Source: Pseudomonadota bacterium
GTDB lineage: Bacteria > Pseudomonadota > Alphaproteobacteria > Caulobacterales > Caulobacteraceae
Direction of reading: 5' to 3'
Length of the DNA: 26,579 nt
Assembly (NCBI GenBank): GCA_041182125.1
Contig: JBEGOG010000034.1
Coordinates: 1-26,579 of the forward strand
This document shows positions 25,170-26,579 of this stretch, one piece after another (the stretch's first letter is position 1; each line of letters opens with the position of its first letter). Under the pieces are notes generated by a model. The model had not been told where the DNA came from, ran no database searches, and was given only the letters and a program-made list of their open reading frames with translations. Both the position numbers and the translations under genes were made by a program.

Positions 25170-26579
25170 TCACTTTTTTGACGGTGAACCCGCGTTTGGA
25201 GCCGTTCGGATCTGATCCACGTCCCGGACCGCGCCTCGCGCCGCACTGGTGGTGAAGGCGGCATAGGCGCGAAGGGCGTCGGTCACCTTCCGCTTGCGAC
25301 CATGGGCCATCCAGCCATCGGCCCCGCGTGCGTTCATCTCAGTGCGGCGCTGTTCCAAGATGGTTTCGGAAACAGCCAGAACAATCGAGCGGTTGGGGAT
25401 ATCGATCTCGACCCGGTCGCCCTCGTGAACCAGAGCGATCAGGCCGCCTTCTGCTGCTTCTGGCGACACATGGCCGATGGATAGGCCAGAGGTTCCGCCC
25501 GAGAAACGTCCATCCGTGATCAGGGCGCCTTACCCAAGCCTTTGGATTTCAGATAGCTGGTCGGATAGAGCATCTCTTGCATACCGGGGCCGCCACGTGG
25601 GCCCTCATAGCGGATGACCAAAACGTCCCCGGCCACGATCTTTCCGGTCAGGATGGCGCTGACCGCATCGTCTTGGCTTTCGAACACGCGGGCCGGACCG
25701 GCAAAGGTCAGGATGCTCTCATCCACGCCCGCTGTTTTGACGATACAGCCATCAAGGGCCAGGTTGCCGCTCAGCACCGCCAAGCCACCATCTTGAGAGA
25801 AGGCATGCTCAACATCGCGGATCACGCCCTCGCTGCGGTCCGTATCGACAGCCTCCCAGCGCCGCGATTGGCTAAAGGCGGTTTGGGTCGGCACGCCGCC
25901 AGGGGCCGCGCGGAAGAAGTGATGCACATCCTCGTCTTGGCTTTGGACAATGTCCCAATGCTTGATGGCGTCCCCAAGGGTGGGGGAATGGACGGTGGGC
26001 AGGTGGGTGTGCAGGAGCCCGCCGCGATCAAGCTCACCCAAGATCGACATAATGCCGCCCGCGCGGTGGACATCTTCCATGTGAACATCGCTCTTGGCGG
26101 GCGCGACCTTGCAAAGGCAGGGCACCTTGCGCGACAGGCGGTCAATATCGTCCATGGTGAAGGGCACGCCGCCCTCTGACGCGGCGGCCAGCAGGTGCAG
26201 CACCGTATTGGTCGATCCGCCCATGGCAATATCGAGGCTCATGGCATTTTCAAAGGCCTCAAAGGAGGCGATGGAGCGCGGTAGGACCCGGTCATCATCG
26301 CCTTCGTAATAGCGCTTGGCCAGATCCACGACGGTGCGACCGGCCCGCAGGAACAGTTGCTCGCGGTCGGAGTGGGTGGCGAGGACCGAACCATTACCGG
26401 GTAGGGACAGGCCCAAGGCTTCGGTCAAACAGTTCATCGAATTGGCTGTGAACATGCCCGAGCAAGAGCCGCAGGTCGGACAGGCTGAGCGCTCGATGGT
26501 CGCGACCTCCTCGTCGCTGTAGGAATCGTCTGCTGCCGCGACCATGGCATCGACCAGATCCAGCGCCACTTCCTTGCCC
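25170..26579 (-). pseudogene. ilvD: Dihydroxy-acid dehydratase, 3' part (starts beyond the right edge); frameshifted as assembled by a ~4-bp deletion near 25525
   Basis: [55 protein letters not shown] in one frame; [27 protein letters not shown] to TGA at 25170 in another. Confidence 0.93.

Noticed and set aside
1-26579. CRISPR array, rRNA, IS elements, toxin-antitoxin or defence genes
   Set aside because: No regularly spaced repeats, rRNA signatures, terminal inverted repeats or matching proteins seen.

Overview
26.6 kb of core-type chromosome from a GC-rich alphaproteobacterium. Gene order and protein sequences (holA-lptE-leuS-DUF3576, ntrZ-like, yggS, cenR-like, xth, lolA-ftsK, ubi hydroxylase, cnoX cluster, ilvD) point to Caulobacteraceae; this is inferred from recalled synteny, not a search. 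Most genes are housekeeping or envelope functions. Four things stand out. (1) An unannotated ~120-nt sRNA candidate at 8441-8563 (-) with its own near-consensus sigma70 promoter, two hairpins that both expose UCCCCU loops, and an intrinsic terminator. (2) An accessory module after tRNA-Gly(GCC): TonB-dependent receptor, TPR-sulfotransferase and MFS transporter, behind an AT-rich, palindrome-dense promoter region. (3) Multi-base lesions in otherwise well-conserved genes: a 19-bp tandem duplication in holA, a ~10-bp deletion in ftsK, a ~4-bp deletion in ilvD and a probable in-frame deletion in the TonB receptor. These are most simply assembly errors but need read-level checking. (4) Several readable regulatory sites (CtrA-like, RpoH-like, GANTC cluster, direct and inverted repeats). 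No integrase, IS element or CRISPR array was seen.
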